A stretch of DNA of 64,000 nt from Myxococcota bacterium (GTDB lineage: Bacteria > Myxococcota > JACRCW01). The notes beneath the pieces are model-generated. The model did not search any database, was not told the origin of the DNA, and worked only from the letters and a program-made list of their open reading frames with translations. Of this stretch, positions 33,877-44,233 are shown one piece after another. The stretch's first letter is position 1. Each line of letters begins with the position of its first letter. A program made the translations under genes and the position numbers. The stretch covers positions 13,033 to 77,032 of the forward strand of contig JBFMGU010000011.1 of NCBI GenBank assembly GCA_040752415.1. Direction: 5' to 3'.

Positions 33877-34908
33877 TCAGCGCTGCGTGCGCAAGGCCCA
33901 GCCGATCATCTTGTAGAGCACGCGCGCGCCCACGTTGGCGTCCCACTCGTCGCCGTCCGGGCCGGGCGCCACCTCCGTCAGGTCAAAGCCCACGATCTTC
34001 CGACCGCTGCGCGCCAGCACGCGGAACAGCGTCAGGGCCTCCCGGAACGACAGTCCGCCCGGCACCGGCGTGCCCGTGCCCGGACACAGCGCGGGGTCCA
34101 GCCCGTCGATGTCAAACGAGATGTACACGTGCTCCGGCAGCGGCGAGATGATGCGCTCCACGATGGTGCGCCACGGGATTCCGTCGTGGAGGGCGCCGGC
34201 CAGCGCGCTGTCGTAGTGCTGGATGATGCGCGCGTCGCTGCGCGAGGCCACGTCCGCTTCCTCCTCGCTCATGTCGCGCAGGCCCACCTGCACCAGGTTC
34301 ACCACGCCGGGAATGCGGTCCACCACGTTGCGCATGATGGACGCGTGGCTCCAGGTGAATCCCTCGAAAGCCAGGCGGAGATCGGCGTGCGCGTCGACGT
34401 GCAACACGCCCAGCTGCGGGTACCGCTCGGCGTGCGCCAGGATGGAGCCGTAGGAGACGCTGTGGTCGCCCCCGACGAGACCCACCAGCTTTCCCCGCGC
34501 CAGGTGCGTCTTGGCGGTCTGGTGCACCCAGGCGTTCATCTTCTCGCTCAGCGCGTTGACCTTGGCCGCGGCGGCCTTCAGCGCGTCGGTGGTGAGCACG
34601 CCGCCTGCCTCGATCACCGGCTCCGCGGCGCGCTTGGCCTCGTCGTTCCACGCGCGCACCTCGACGGGCTCGGAGAGCATGGCAATGCCCGCTTCGTAGG
34701 GGCGACCGGTTTCCACGTCGTAGAGGTCCACCTGGCGGCTCGCGCTCAGCACCGCGCCGGGCCCGTCCGACGTGCCGCCGCCGTAGCTGCAGGTGGCCTC
34801 GAACGGGACCGGGATCAGCACCACCCGCGCCTCGTCGACGCTGTGGGGAAGACCGAAGACGCCGCTGTCCTTGGACGCCGCCGCGCCCGGGTCAAACGTG
34901 TGTGCCAT
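33877..34908 (-). CDS. speB: agmatinase / ureohydrolase family
   Basis: GGDHS, DAHADLR, SFDIDGLDP, GTGTPVPGG and DLTEV. Confidence 0.88.
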   Translation of the reverse strand: MAHTFDPGAAASKDSGVFGLPHSVDEARVVLIPVPFEATCSYGGGTSDGPGAVLSASRQVDLYDVETGRPYEAGIAMLSEPVEVRAWNDEAKRAAEPVIEAGGVLTTDALKAAAAKVNALSEKMNAWVHQTAKTHLARGKLVGLVGGDHSVSYGSILAHAERYPQLGVLHVDAHADLRLAFEGFTWSHASIMRNVVDRIPGVVNLVQVGLRDMSEEEADVASRSDARIIQHYDSALAGALHDGIPWRTIVERIISPLPEHVYISFDIDGLDPALCPGTGTPVPGGLSFREALTLFRVLARSGRKIVGFDLTEVAPGPDGDEWDANVGARVLYKMIGWALRTQR

Positions 34909-34982
34909 GGCGCGCATCTATCCGCATCCGCGGGAGGGAACAAGGAGCCCGAGCCAAAGCGGTACTGCATACCGCAGTCCGA

Positions 34983-35196
34983 AAGGGCTGGCGCCCGCGG
35001 CGGTGACGACGAGAAATGCTCCTGGCCCGATGGGGCTGGGTGGGAAGGGCTGGCGCCCGCGGCGGTGACGACGAGAAATGCTCCTGGCCCGATGGGGCTG
35101 GGTGGGAAGGGCTGGCGCCCGCGGCGGTGACGACGAGAAATGGTCGTGATCGCTGGCCCGGGTGGGAGGGGCTGCGGCCGCGCTGACGACGAGAAA
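34983..35196. repeat. 62-bp tandem repeat (2 full, 1 partial, 1 degenerate)
   Basis: Unit AAGGGCTGGCGCCCGCGGCGGTGACGACGAGAAATG... starts at 34983, 35045 and 35107; degenerate copy at about 35164. Confidence 0.9.
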
Positions 35197-35280
35197 GGGG
35201 CCCCGAAAAGCCGATGCGCGGCCAACTGCACCTTCGCAGCGGGCCGCGCACCGGAGCGCATCAACCATGGAACCGCGAGC

Positions 35281-36693
35281 TCAGGGGAAGATGCCCAGCT
35301 CCATGTAGTTGGTGGCGATCTTGCGCACCGCGCTCACGAACGCCGCCGTGCGCATGTCCGGGATCTTGGGGTTCTTGCGCATGGTGTCGCGGATCTCGTT
35401 GTACGCCACCACCATGCTGTCCTCGAGACCGCTGTTCACCAGGTCCTCCTCGTCGGGGCCGTGGATGAGCAGTTTGCGCTCACTCTCGGACAGGCTCTTG
35501 CCGGTGGCCTTCTCGATGCTCGCCACCATGCGGCGGTGGTTCATCTCCTCGAAGCGCTTCTCCATGCGACCAAAGCGCACGTGGCTGAGGTTCTTGAGCC
35601 ACTCGAAGTAGCTCACCGTCACGCCACCGGCGTTGATGTACATGTCCGGGATCACCAGGATGCCGCGGCTGCGCAGGATCTCCTCGGCGTCCGCGGTGGT
35701 GGGACCGTTGGCGCCCTCCGCAATGATCTTGCCCTTGATGCGCGCCGCGTTCTCACTGGTGATCACGTTCTCAATGGCGGCGGGCACCACCACGTCGCAA
35801 TCCACCTCGAGGGCCGCGCCGCTGCCGCCAATGTCCTTGGCGCCGGGGAAGCCGTTGATCTTCTTGGTCTCATTGCGGTAGCGCACCACCGCTTCCACGT
35901 CGAGACCGTTGGCGTTGTAGATGGAGCCTTCCGCCTCGGCGAGCGCGACCACGATGGCCCCGCCCTCCTGGAGGAACTTGGCGGCGTGGTAGCCCACGTT
36001 GCCCAGGCCCTGCACCACCACGCGCTTGCCCTCCAGCCCGGTGGAGAGACCAAGCTGCTTCATCGCCTCCGTGTCCTGCAGGCACTCCTTGACGCCGAAG
36101 AACACGCCGCGCCCGGTGGCCTCCTTGCGACCGCGGATGCCGCCGAGGCTGATGGGCTTGCCGGTGACGCAGCCCGCGGCGTCGAGGTCACCACGCAGCT
36201 GGGAGTAGGTGTCGGCAATCCAGGCCATCTCACGGGGGCCGCTGCCGTAGTCGGGCGCGGGCACGTCCACGCCGGGGCCAATGAAGTTCTTGCGCACCAG
36301 CTCCGCGGTGTAGCGACGCGTGATGCGCTCCAGCATCTCCACGCTGACCTTGCGGGGGTCCACCTTGATGGCGCCCTTGGCACCACCAAAGGGCACATCC
36401 ACGATGGCGCACTTGTAGGTCATGAGCGAGGCCAGCGCGATGACCTCATCCTCGTCGACGTTGGGGGCGTAGCGGATACCGCCCTTCACCGGCATCTTGT
36501 GGTGGCTGTGCTCGGCGCGCCACGCCTCGATGACCTCAAACCCGCCGCCATCCTTCCGCACGGGGAAATGGAACTTGTAGACGCTGTTGCACACCCGGAT
36601 CTGTTCCATCAGACCGCTGGGATAATCCAGGAACTGCGAAGCGCGTTCGAAGTTGCGATTGACGGTAGCGAGCATGCTGTTGGTGCCAGTCAT
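35281..36693 (-). CDS. gdhA: Glu/Leu/Phe/Val dehydrogenase (glutamate dehydrogenase)
   Basis: [34 protein letters not shown] and [12 protein letters not shown]. Confidence 0.93.
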   Translation of the reverse strand: MTGTNSMLATVNRNFERASQFLDYPSGLMEQIRVCNSVYKFHFPVRKDGGGFEVIEAWRAEHSHHKMPVKGGIRYAPNVDEDEVIALASLMTYKCAIVDVPFGGAKGAIKVDPRKVSVEMLERITRRYTAELVRKNFIGPGVDVPAPDYGSGPREMAWIADTYSQLRGDLDAAGCVTGKPISLGGIRGRKEATGRGVFFGVKECLQDTEAMKQLGLSTGLEGKRVVVQGLGNVGYHAAKFLQEGGAIVVALAEAEGSIYNANGLDVEAVVRYRNETKKINGFPGAKDIGGSGAALEVDCDVVVPAAIENVITSENAARIKGKIIAEGANGPTTADAEEILRSRGILVIPDMYINAGGVTVSYFEWLKNLSHVRFGRMEKRFEEMNHRRMVASIEKATGKSLSESERKLLIHGPDEEDLVNSGLEDSMVVAYNEIRDTMRKNPKIPDMRTAAFVSAVRKIATNYMELGIFP

Positions 36694-36853
36694 GGAATCC
36701 TCCGGGCTGCACGGCCCTCTCGGCGCGGCACTCCTAGGCCAGAGGTCTGGTGCCTGCAAGCAACTGCTGCAGCGCATAGCAGGCGTTCATGCTTGCGTTA
36801 GAGATGACGCATTTCCCGACGAGGGAAACCATGACCGGGCGCGTCAAAAACGT

Positions 36854-38890
36854 TCAGTCCTGCACCACCACCGGCTCGCTGCCCTGCGTCACGCGCCAGC
36901 GATAACCGGCGGGCACATCGAACGACTGCGTAGCGAGATTCGCATCTGGCCAGCGCACTGTCACCGAAGCAACGCAGTTGCTGCCGAGCCCGAAGTGCAA
37001 CACCAGGTCATGCTGCATGCCCACGTGACCGTGTCCGCCGCCCACCTCCTGCGTCTGGGTGACGCCGCCGGCGGTGACGGAGACGCGTGCGCCAATGGCG
37101 GCGCGGTTGGTGCCGGGCGCGCCGACGAGGTGGAGCTGCACCCAGTTGCCCGCCTGGCCCATGGTGTTCCGGAACAGCCGCATCTGCGCGGTGGGATAGC
37201 AGTGGTCCCCGCCCTGGCAGCGGTTGCGGGAGTGGCCCACCACCACGTCGAGGTCTCCGTCGTGGTCAAAGTCCGCAACGCCAATGCCGTGGCTGCTCTT
37301 GTGGTCGATGCCGTCCTCCTTGGACACCGTCTCGAAGGTGCCGTCGGGGAGCTGGTGCCACAGCCAGCCGCGCGTCCCGGGATAGTCGGTGGAGCCGATG
37401 TAGATGTCCGGGCGCATGTCGTTGTCGAAGTCGAAGATGGCCGCGGTGATGTCGCCGTCGTCGTAGATGTTGCTGGCGTGGGTGCGCATCAGCCCGGTGG
37501 CCTCGTTGCCGGGGCGGGTGAAGTGCGCGGTGCCGTCGTTGAGGAGCAGCTCGCTGGGGTCGGAGGAGCTGCCCACGTCCCAGTGCTTGATCTCGGTGGT
37601 GAGCAGGTCCAGGTCCCCGTCGTTGTCGACGTCCGCGCACACCGTGGTGCCGCTGTTGCCGCCCAGGCGGTAGGGCTGGCGGTCGGTGGCGTGGTTCCAG
37701 CGGAACGCGTCGTCGTCGACGTTGCACACGATGTAGGCCGGCGGCGGCACGCCCGCGCAGTCCTCGTCGGTGGGGTGGAGCTTGCACCAGCAGCGCGCGC
37801 TCTCGTTGTCGGACCAGTCGGTGCGGTGATCAAACGCGTAGCCGCTCTCCACCGACGCATTGCGGTAGCTCACCGTGCCCGCTCCGTCGCGCTGGGCCAC
37901 GAAGAGGTGGTTGGGCGCGCGGCCGTAGGAGCTGACCAGGAGCTCGGGGTTGCCGTCGCCGGTGAGGTCGCAGGCGAGCGCGCTCCACGCGTTGGCGGTG
38001 GCGCGCCCTTCGTTGAGGGCGGTGTTGTCCAGCCACGGTGAGGAGGTGAGGGTGAGGTCCGCGGTGGCGTCGTAGAAGTTACCGTCGCCTTCCCCCAGGT
38101 GGAGCTCATCATCCATGGGCGTGCGCCCCTGCGGCGTGCTGTTGCCCACCCAGAGGTCGATGTTGCCGTCGCGGTTGACGTCGACGAACGCGGCGCCCAG
38201 GCGCGGCGCGGTGTCCGCCTCCCGACGCACCTCATTGGCCGCGGGCCCGAACGTGAAATGTCCCGTGCCGTCGTTGAGCATGAGCTCCGCGGACTCGTCG
38301 GGGAATCCGCTCAGCATGGGGGCGTTGATGGCGGTGAAGGCGTCCAGGTCCCCGTCGTTGTCCACGTCGGCCCAGATGACGACGTCGGCGGGACGGCCCA
38401 GGTCGGGATCGGTGCCGTAGCGCGTCTGCACCAGGCCGCTCTGTTGCGTCACGTCCTCGAAGGTGCCGTCGCCCCGGTTGCGGAGCAGCCAGGTGACGCG
38501 CGCGGCGTTGAAGTCATCCGCGCCCAGCCCGCCGCGCCGCGAGGAGATGTCGGCCCAGCCGTCGCCGTCGATGTCGGTGAGCGAGATGCGCACGCCCTCC
38601 ACGCCGATGGTGGACAGCCCGGTCTCGTCGGTGGCCTCCACGAAGGCCTCGGTCCCGTCGGTCCAGGAGCTGCCGGCGGTGCAGCGGTTCTGCAGGCAGC
38701 GCTGCGAGGGTCCGTGACAGCTCTCCCCCGAAGCACACAGCGTGCCGCCGCATTTGCACTGTCCGTCGGCGGGATCACACGTCTCACCGGTGTTGCAGGT
38801 CTTGCCGGCGCAGGGATCCCGCGGTGCTTGTTGAGACGGCGCGCAGGCGAGCGTGGCGACGCAGAGGAGGAGGGCGGCGAGGTTCTTCAT
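36854..38890 (-). CDS. CRTAC1-like lipoprotein (FG-GAP/VCBS repeats + ASPIC/UnbV)
   Basis: TLAC lipobox; repeated DxDxDGDLD; C-terminal NRAAIGARV...LHFGLG...VRWP. Confidence 0.88.
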   Translation of the reverse strand: MKNLAALLLCVATLACAPSQQAPRDPCAGKTCNTGETCDPADGQCKCGGTLCASGESCHGPSQRCLQNRCTAGSSWTDGTEAFVEATDETGLSTIGVEGVRISLTDIDGDGWADISSRRGGLGADDFNAARVTWLLRNRGDGTFEDVTQQSGLVQTRYGTDPDLGRPADVVIWADVDNDGDLDAFTAINAPMLSGFPDESAELMLNDGTGHFTFGPAANEVRREADTAPRLGAAFVDVNRDGNIDLWVGNSTPQGRTPMDDELHLGEGDGNFYDATADLTLTSSPWLDNTALNEGRATANAWSALACDLTGDGNPELLVSSYGRAPNHLFVAQRDGAGTVSYRNASVESGYAFDHRTDWSDNESARCWCKLHPTDEDCAGVPPPAYIVCNVDDDAFRWNHATDRQPYRLGGNSGTTVCADVDNDGDLDLLTTEIKHWDVGSSSDPSELLLNDGTAHFTRPGNEATGLMRTHASNIYDDGDITAAIFDFDNDMRPDIYIGSTDYPGTRGWLWHQLPDGTFETVSKEDGIDHKSSHGIGVADFDHDGDLDVVVGHSRNRCQGGDHCYPTAQMRLFRNTMGQAGNWVQLHLVGAPGTNRAAIGARVSVTAGGVTQTQEVGGGHGHVGMQHDLVLHFGLGSNCVASVTVRWPDANLATQSFDVPAGYRWRVTQGSEPVVVQD

Positions 38891-38924
38891 CCGTGGCACT
38901 GCGTGTCACAGCGGGCGCGCGTTC

Positions 38925-41483
38925 TCAAGGGGTTTCCACGTAGCCCAGCATGGTGACGTTGGTGATGGCAGCGGTGCCTTGCACGTCGTCGAAGAGGCAG
39001 CTCTGCAGGTCTCCCTCACCCTGGTACGCGCCGAAGTTGGGGGCGTGCAGGCAGGTCTCATTGGACTCACACAGGCCGTTGCCGTTGCCGCCGCCCACCT
39101 CCAGCAGCTCCACGGCGTTGCGCAGGTAGAGCACGTAGGGGTCCTGCAGGTTGGCGGCCACGACGTCACCGCGCAGATGGATGGGACAGGGGGCGCCCGG
39201 GATGAACGACTCGCCGAACGGCTCGCCGTTGGGGGTGGTGTGACGGATCACGTTGTCGTCGTTCTTGAGCCGCCAGTCATGGATGAAGCCGGCGGCGTTG
39301 GTCCAGCGGCCCGCGTTGTCCGGGCCCCAGGCGCGGTAGGCGTTGTCGAAGCCGGTCCAGTCCGGACCGCCGCTCGGGTAGGCGCCTTCACCGTTGACGT
39401 CGGAGCCGTTGGTGGCGTCTTCACCCTGCACCCGCCCGACGAAGGAACCCGCGATGCTGCGGTTGGGCCGGAAGAGCGCCCAGGAGTGGGAGGTCTCGGG
39501 ATAGTCCGCGCTGCCGTCCGTCCCGGAGAGCGTGCAGCTTCCCGGAACGAGACCGGGCTGTTCCCCGGCGTCCACCCAGCAATCCCCGTTGCCAAGCAGC
39601 ACGCCGGAGAAGCGGTTGTAGGTGGTGGTGTCGCCCAGGTTGGCGAGCGCGGGCCCGTCGGCGGAGGCCAGGTTGTGGAAGGTGTTCCAGCCGCCCGTAC
39701 CGTTGACGGAGAGCGTGTAGTCATTGAGCAGCGCCACCGTGTGCAGCGTGTTGTCGTAGCCGTCGTGGACCCAGACGGAGGAGCCATCATTGAGTCCCGC
39801 CGTCAGCAACGTCACCACGTTGTCGCTCCCGGCGATGACGAGCCCGTCGGAGGTGTTGTGGGTGCTGACCACGTGCTGGGCCACGTTCCCGTTCGATGTC
39901 AGCGTCACCCCGTCGATGCCGTTGTTGTTGCTGCGGATGCGCAGCAGCGTGTTCCCGTCGGCGCCCGGGTAGGTGTAGAAGCCGTGGGCTCCGTTGTTGA
40001 TGGTGTCGACGTCGACGAACAGGTTGGCGGAGGTGCCGCCGCCATAGAGGGCGATGCCGTCGCCGGAGTTGCTGAAGGACTGCACCTTGCGGAAGGTGTT
40101 GGCGCGGGAGGCGTTCTCCAGCCAGATGCCGTCGCGATTGGTGCTCTCGACGCGCGTCTGCTCGACGAGGTTGCTGCTGGAGCCCACCAGGATCACGCCG
40201 TCCCAGTCCAGGTTGGACACGTCCACGCGGAAGCGGGACAGCGTTGTTCCGTTGAGCATGACGCCGTCATGGGCACGGCTCCCGTTGAGGAGCCCCTCGA
40301 GGCGCGCCTCCACCCAGACAAAGCGCACGGTGTGCGTGGCCACCATGCAGATGCGGTCGGGGACGCTGTAGGTGATGCAGTTGGGATCCGTGGTGCCGCC
40401 ATGGGAGAGCGTGACGTCGTCCAGGGTGACCAGCGCGACGCCCTCGGCGGTGAGGCGGTATCCCTGCGTGCCACGGCTCTCCGCCGCCACGTAGATGGCA
40501 TCCGGCTCATCCAGCAGGACGAGGGTGGCGTCAGGGCTGCTGTTGTCGGGGAGCGGGTGCACGGGGTTGGTCCACCACGTGGTGGGTGTGCTGCGCGCGG
40601 AGACGGGGCCGGAGATGGTGACGGCGTTGGGGAGCCAGCCGTCGGGGCCCAGCAGGTGACGCAGCCCGCGACCCGCCTTGAAGCCCAGCGTGACGAAGCG
40701 CAGGACGTTGTCGCCCGGAGACTCGTCGAGGCAGCCCCAGGAGAACACGTCCAGGTCGTCCTGGATGGAGAAACCGCCGCAGCCGTCCGCGGAGGAAATG
40801 ACCACCTGGCGCAGCTCCCCGCCGTGGATGCACTGGTCGTAACGCAGCGCAGGATCGGGAACGCACGGCGCGCCGCTGGCGTTCAGCACGTTGCTTCCGT
40901 CGTTGGCCACGTACTGGTTCCAGTTGGCGCCGGCTTCCGGGTAGATCGGCTCCACCTCCACCAGGACCCCTCCCGACGAGGACGACGACGAGGCGGCCGA
41001 CGAAGACGACGAGGTGGCCGACGAGGAAGAGGCGCCGCTCGACGAGGACGCGGTCGACGACGTGGCGCTGGAGGACGACGCGCTGCTGCTGGACGACGTG
41101 GACGCTCCGCCGCCCGACGACGCGCTGCTGCTGGACGAGCTGGCCGCACCGGAGGTGGAACTGGCGCTGGAGCTGGTGCTTGTCGACGTGGACGACGTGA
41201 CGGAGCTGGCGGTGGAGCTGGAGGAGCTGACGGAGTTGGCGGAGACGCTGGCGCTGCTGGTGCTGCCACTGCTGCTGCTGGAGCTGGCCCCGGCGCCCGC
41301 GCCCTCGGCGCAGACACCGTTGTCGCAATGCTGTCCACGTGGACAGTCCTCGTTGGCGTTGCAGGCCAGGACGCACTCGTCGCCTCGTCGGATGGCGCCT
41401 TCCGCACATTCTGCGGGGCAACCGGAGAACAGCGCGGGTGCCACCAGCACCACGGCCACGTGCCACCAACGGATTCGCGACAT
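38925..41483 (-). CDS. Ser-rich lipoprotein with right-handed beta-helix repeats
   Basis: FSGC lipobox, Cys-rich motif, poly-Ser linker and N..DG(I/V).L...N repeats. Confidence 0.8.
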   Translation of the reverse strand: MSRIRWWHVAVVLVAPALFSGCPAECAEGAIRRGDECVLACNANEDCPRGQHCDNGVCAEGAGAGASSSSSSGSTSSASVSANSVSSSSSTASSVTSSTSTSTSSSASSTSGAASSSSSSASSGGGASTSSSSSASSSSATSSTASSSSGASSSSATSSSSSAASSSSSSGGVLVEVEPIYPEAGANWNQYVANDGSNVLNASGAPCVPDPALRYDQCIHGGELRQVVISSADGCGGFSIQDDLDVFSWGCLDESPGDNVLRFVTLGFKAGRGLRHLLGPDGWLPNAVTISGPVSARSTPTTWWTNPVHPLPDNSSPDATLVLLDEPDAIYVAAESRGTQGYRLTAEGVALVTLDDVTLSHGGTTDPNCITYSVPDRICMVATHTVRFVWVEARLEGLLNGSRAHDGVMLNGTTLSRFRVDVSNLDWDGVILVGSSSNLVEQTRVESTNRDGIWLENASRANTFRKVQSFSNSGDGIALYGGGTSANLFVDVDTINNGAHGFYTYPGADGNTLLRIRSNNNGIDGVTLTSNGNVAQHVVSTHNTSDGLVIAGSDNVVTLLTAGLNDGSSVWVHDGYDNTLHTVALLNDYTLSVNGTGGWNTFHNLASADGPALANLGDTTTYNRFSGVLLGNGDCWVDAGEQPGLVPGSCTLSGTDGSADYPETSHSWALFRPNRSIAGSFVGRVQGEDATNGSDVNGEGAYPSGGPDWTGFDNAYRAWGPDNAGRWTNAAGFIHDWRLKNDDNVIRHTTPNGEPFGESFIPGAPCPIHLRGDVVAANLQDPYVLYLRNAVELLEVGGGNGNGLCESNETCLHAPNFGAYQGEGDLQSCLFDDVQGTAAITNVTMLGYVETP

Positions 41484-41583
41484 TCCGCCTCCTGGCACGT
41501 TGGACTCTAGCGTGGCCGCGGCGGGAAGGCGCGCGCGTTTGTCGTCTTGAGGAGGGGGCGCCTGCTCAGTTAGAGGGCGGGGC

Positions 41584-42921
41584 GTGGATGATCCCCGGGA
41601 AAGCGCGCAGGGGCGCGTGCATGAGCAGCGTCGCAGCCGACGGTACGCGGCGGAGCTCACCGTGTTCCTGCACACGCGGGAGCGCCACCACCCCGCCACC
41701 ACGGTGAACGTGGCGCGGCACGGCATGCTGGTGGCCACCGACGTGCCCCTGGGCCTGCGCCACCTGGTCCAGCTCACCGTGCACCTGCCCACCGGTCCCA
41801 TCCGGGCCACGGCGTCGGTGGCGCGCGTGGTGAAGCTGCCGGTCACCGGGCTGCCCGCGGTGGGCGTGCAGTTCTTTGCGCTGAGCGCGGACGCCAAGCG
41901 CAACTGGGACCGCTATGTCTCCTCGCTGAACCACGCGGCCGTCGACGGGGTGGCGGCGCTGGATGCCAGCGTGGCGGCCACCTTCCTCCTCAAGTTCAAG
42001 GACCGGGCAAGCCTGCTGGAATACTGTCACATCCAGGTGGAGCGCGGTGAGGCGGTGCTGCACACGCCGGTGTTCCGCGCGGTGGGGGAAGAGGTGTCCC
42101 TGGTGCTGGTGCACCCGCACACCGACGAGGAATTCGGTCTGCCGGGCCGCGTGGCCAGTGTGCACCGGGATCGGCCCAAGCGGATGGTGATCGAGCTGCT
42201 GCAGCTGGATGAACGGCAGCACGCGGCGCTGATGCGTTTCGTGGACACCGGCGTGGGCTCGCGGGAGGGGGCCTACCAGTACGCGCCGCCGGACTGGCGT
42301 CCCGACGAGCCCCCGGTGCCGCCGCACGGCGTGCACGCCGCCGACGGAGACATCCCCACGCTGGAGCTGCCCGAGCACCCCGAGCTGGACGGCGACACCG
42401 TGGGGCACTGGGAGGTGGGCGAGGGACAGGGTGAGCCGGGCGCGGTGACGTTGGAGGTGGAAGCGCCGCGCGGACAGGATCCCAACCTCGCCGCCGCGCG
42501 GGTGTTGGTGGACTGCGGGGAATGCCAGGCCAGCCAGCCCGGGCTCCTCCTCGGCGACGTGCCCGGCGTGCTGGCCCCGGTGGTGGAGCTGTGCCCGGTG
42601 TACTGCGAGCACTGCCGCAGGCTCTCGACGGTGCGACGGCTCAAGACCGCGGCGGGACGGGAGCAGCAGCTCGAGTCACTGGGCGGTCTCCTCGGCGGGC
42701 AGGCGCGCGCCACCGTGCCCATGTCGATGTTGTTCGAGGTGGCCGCGCTGGGTGGTCCGGCGGTGTGTCCGCGGTGTCGGGGAACGCTGCGCATCACTCC
42801 GCTCGTCGACGACGTCAGTCGCGCCATCAGCCGTCTCCGCCTCGGCCAGGAGCGCGTGGAGACCGCGGTGCGGTGCCACCGGTGTCGACGGGGGAACTGG
42901 CGGCTCAAGTTGCAGCGCTGA
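41584..42921 (+). CDS. PilZ-domain protein with C-terminal Zn-ribbon motifs
   Basis: RRSRR...NVARHG (RxxxR, NxxxxG); second PilZ-like domain; CGEC, CEHC, CPRC and CHRC. Confidence 0.75.
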   Translation: MDDPRESAQGRVHEQRRSRRYAAELTVFLHTRERHHPATTVNVARHGMLVATDVPLGLRHLVQLTVHLPTGPIRATASVARVVKLPVTGLPAVGVQFFALSADAKRNWDRYVSSLNHAAVDGVAALDASVAATFLLKFKDRASLLEYCHIQVERGEAVLHTPVFRAVGEEVSLVLVHPHTDEEFGLPGRVASVHRDRPKRMVIELLQLDERQHAALMRFVDTGVGSREGAYQYAPPDWRPDEPPVPPHGVHAADGDIPTLELPEHPELDGDTVGHWEVGEGQGEPGAVTLEVEAPRGQDPNLAAARVLVDCGECQASQPGLLLGDVPGVLAPVVELCPVYCEHCRRLSTVRRLKTAAGREQQLESLGGLLGGQARATVPMSMLFEVAALGGPAVCPRCRGTLRITPLVDDVSRAISRLRLGQERVETAVRCHRCRRGNWRLKLQR

Positions 42922-42992
42922 TCCCCGAGGTCCGCCTTCCCAACCCCAAGCCCCGTCACGCGCGCCACCAACACGTCCGGGGTGGCGCCGCG

Positions 42993-44141
42993 TCACGTCG
43001 TGGGCGGGGCCGGCGGCGGTCCCAGCAGCTGGTCCACGCGCGCCGCCACCTCCGGACCAATGGCGCGAAGCTGCGCGCCCAGCACCTGCGCCACGCCCGC
43101 CTTCCCCGTGGCCTGGTACACGCGGATGAGCTGCAGCCCCACACGCGGGTCGCCGCCGCTCATGTGCCACGCCTCCTCCGCGTGCGTCAGCGCCTGCTTC
43201 ACGTTCCGGATGGAGGTGCGACGCAACAGCATGTCCGCCAGGAGCGCACGCGGCTCCCACGCCTCGGGATACTCGGTCACCAGCTTCATGGTGCCCACCG
43301 CCAGCGTGGGGATGTCCGCGCGCGGGTCCGCGGCCTGCAGTTCCGCCTGCACGAACTTCAACGCGCGCGTCATGCGGTGCAGCTTGGTCAACGTGGCCAG
43401 CTTGGTCACCGCCGCGTCGCGGTCCCCGCGGTCCAACAGCTCCCGGATGCCCGCAATCTCCCGCGCCAACGGGTCCGTGGTGGTGGTGCCCATCTGCCGC
43501 ACGTTGTTGGCCAGCTGCAGCAGCTCCGAGTTGCGCGCGTGCAGCTTGAGGGCCTGCGCAATGTTGGTGCGCGCTCCTTCCACGTCGCTGCAGTCCAGCC
43601 GCGCGCTGATGAGGTCCAGCCAGCTGTTCGGGTCATTGGGGCGCGCCGCCACCACGTGCTCCAGCGCCTGCACCGCCGCGGCCTCACGCTTCAGCTTCTT
43701 GTGCGCCTTGGCCAGGCCCTTCCACGCGTCCACGTCGGAGGGATCCACGCGCAGCGCGCTGCCGAACCAGCTGGCCGCCTCGTCATACTCGCGGTGCCGG
43801 AGCGCGTCGTCGCCGAGCAGGCGCAGCGCCGCGGGGACCTCCTCCCCCGTCTTCACGCTACGCAGCGCGTAGTCCATGGCCTTGGTGTCCTCGCCCTTGG
43901 CGTGCCAGAGCAGCGCCAGGTGGGCCAGCGCGTGCGGCAGCTTGCGGGCCACCGGCTCCAGCGCCTCCAGGTGCGCCACCGCCGCATCCAGCCGACCCCG
44001 CGCCGCCACCACCCGCGCCACCGCCACGTGGGCGCGCTCGTCGGTGGGGTGCTGCGCCAGGAGGTGACGCGCCAACGCCTCCGCCTGGTCCAGCTTCCCC
44101 TGCAGGAGCGTGGCCTCGAATCTCTGGTACGCCGCGTCCAT
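42993..44141 (-). CDS. TPR-repeat protein
   Basis: Repeated helical motifs (ALRVDPSDVDAWKGLA, RPNDPNSWLDL). Confidence 0.8.
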   Translation of the reverse strand: MDAAYQRFEATLLQGKLDQAEALARHLLAQHPTDERAHVAVARVVAARGRLDAAVAHLEALEPVARKLPHALAHLALLWHAKGEDTKAMDYALRSVKTGEEVPAALRLLGDDALRHREYDEAASWFGSALRVDPSDVDAWKGLAKAHKKLKREAAAVQALEHVVAARPNDPNSWLDLISARLDCSDVEGARTNIAQALKLHARNSELLQLANNVRQMGTTTTDPLAREIAGIRELLDRGDRDAAVTKLATLTKLHRMTRALKFVQAELQAADPRADIPTLAVGTMKLVTEYPEAWEPRALLADMLLRRTSIRNVKQALTHAEEAWHMSGGDPRVGLQLIRVYQATGKAGVAQVLGAQLRAIGPEVAARVDQLLGPPPAPPTT

Positions 44142-44233
44142 CCGCCGTCCTCAATGACCCCCGCCGGCATACTAGACGGAATGCCCGGAGCGCGCGGCAA
44201 AAGCACCAGCGGCGTCAGCGGGGGCGTGGACGT

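Noticed and set aside
34983..35196. CRISPR array or guanidine-II riboswitch
   Set aside because: The first two 'spacers' are identical, there are no cas genes, and the ACGA motifs are on the wrong strand and not in hairpin loops.
38853..41550. + strand 885-aa ORF and acidic 178-aa ORF
   Set aside because: Shadows of the - strand beta-helix lipoprotein.
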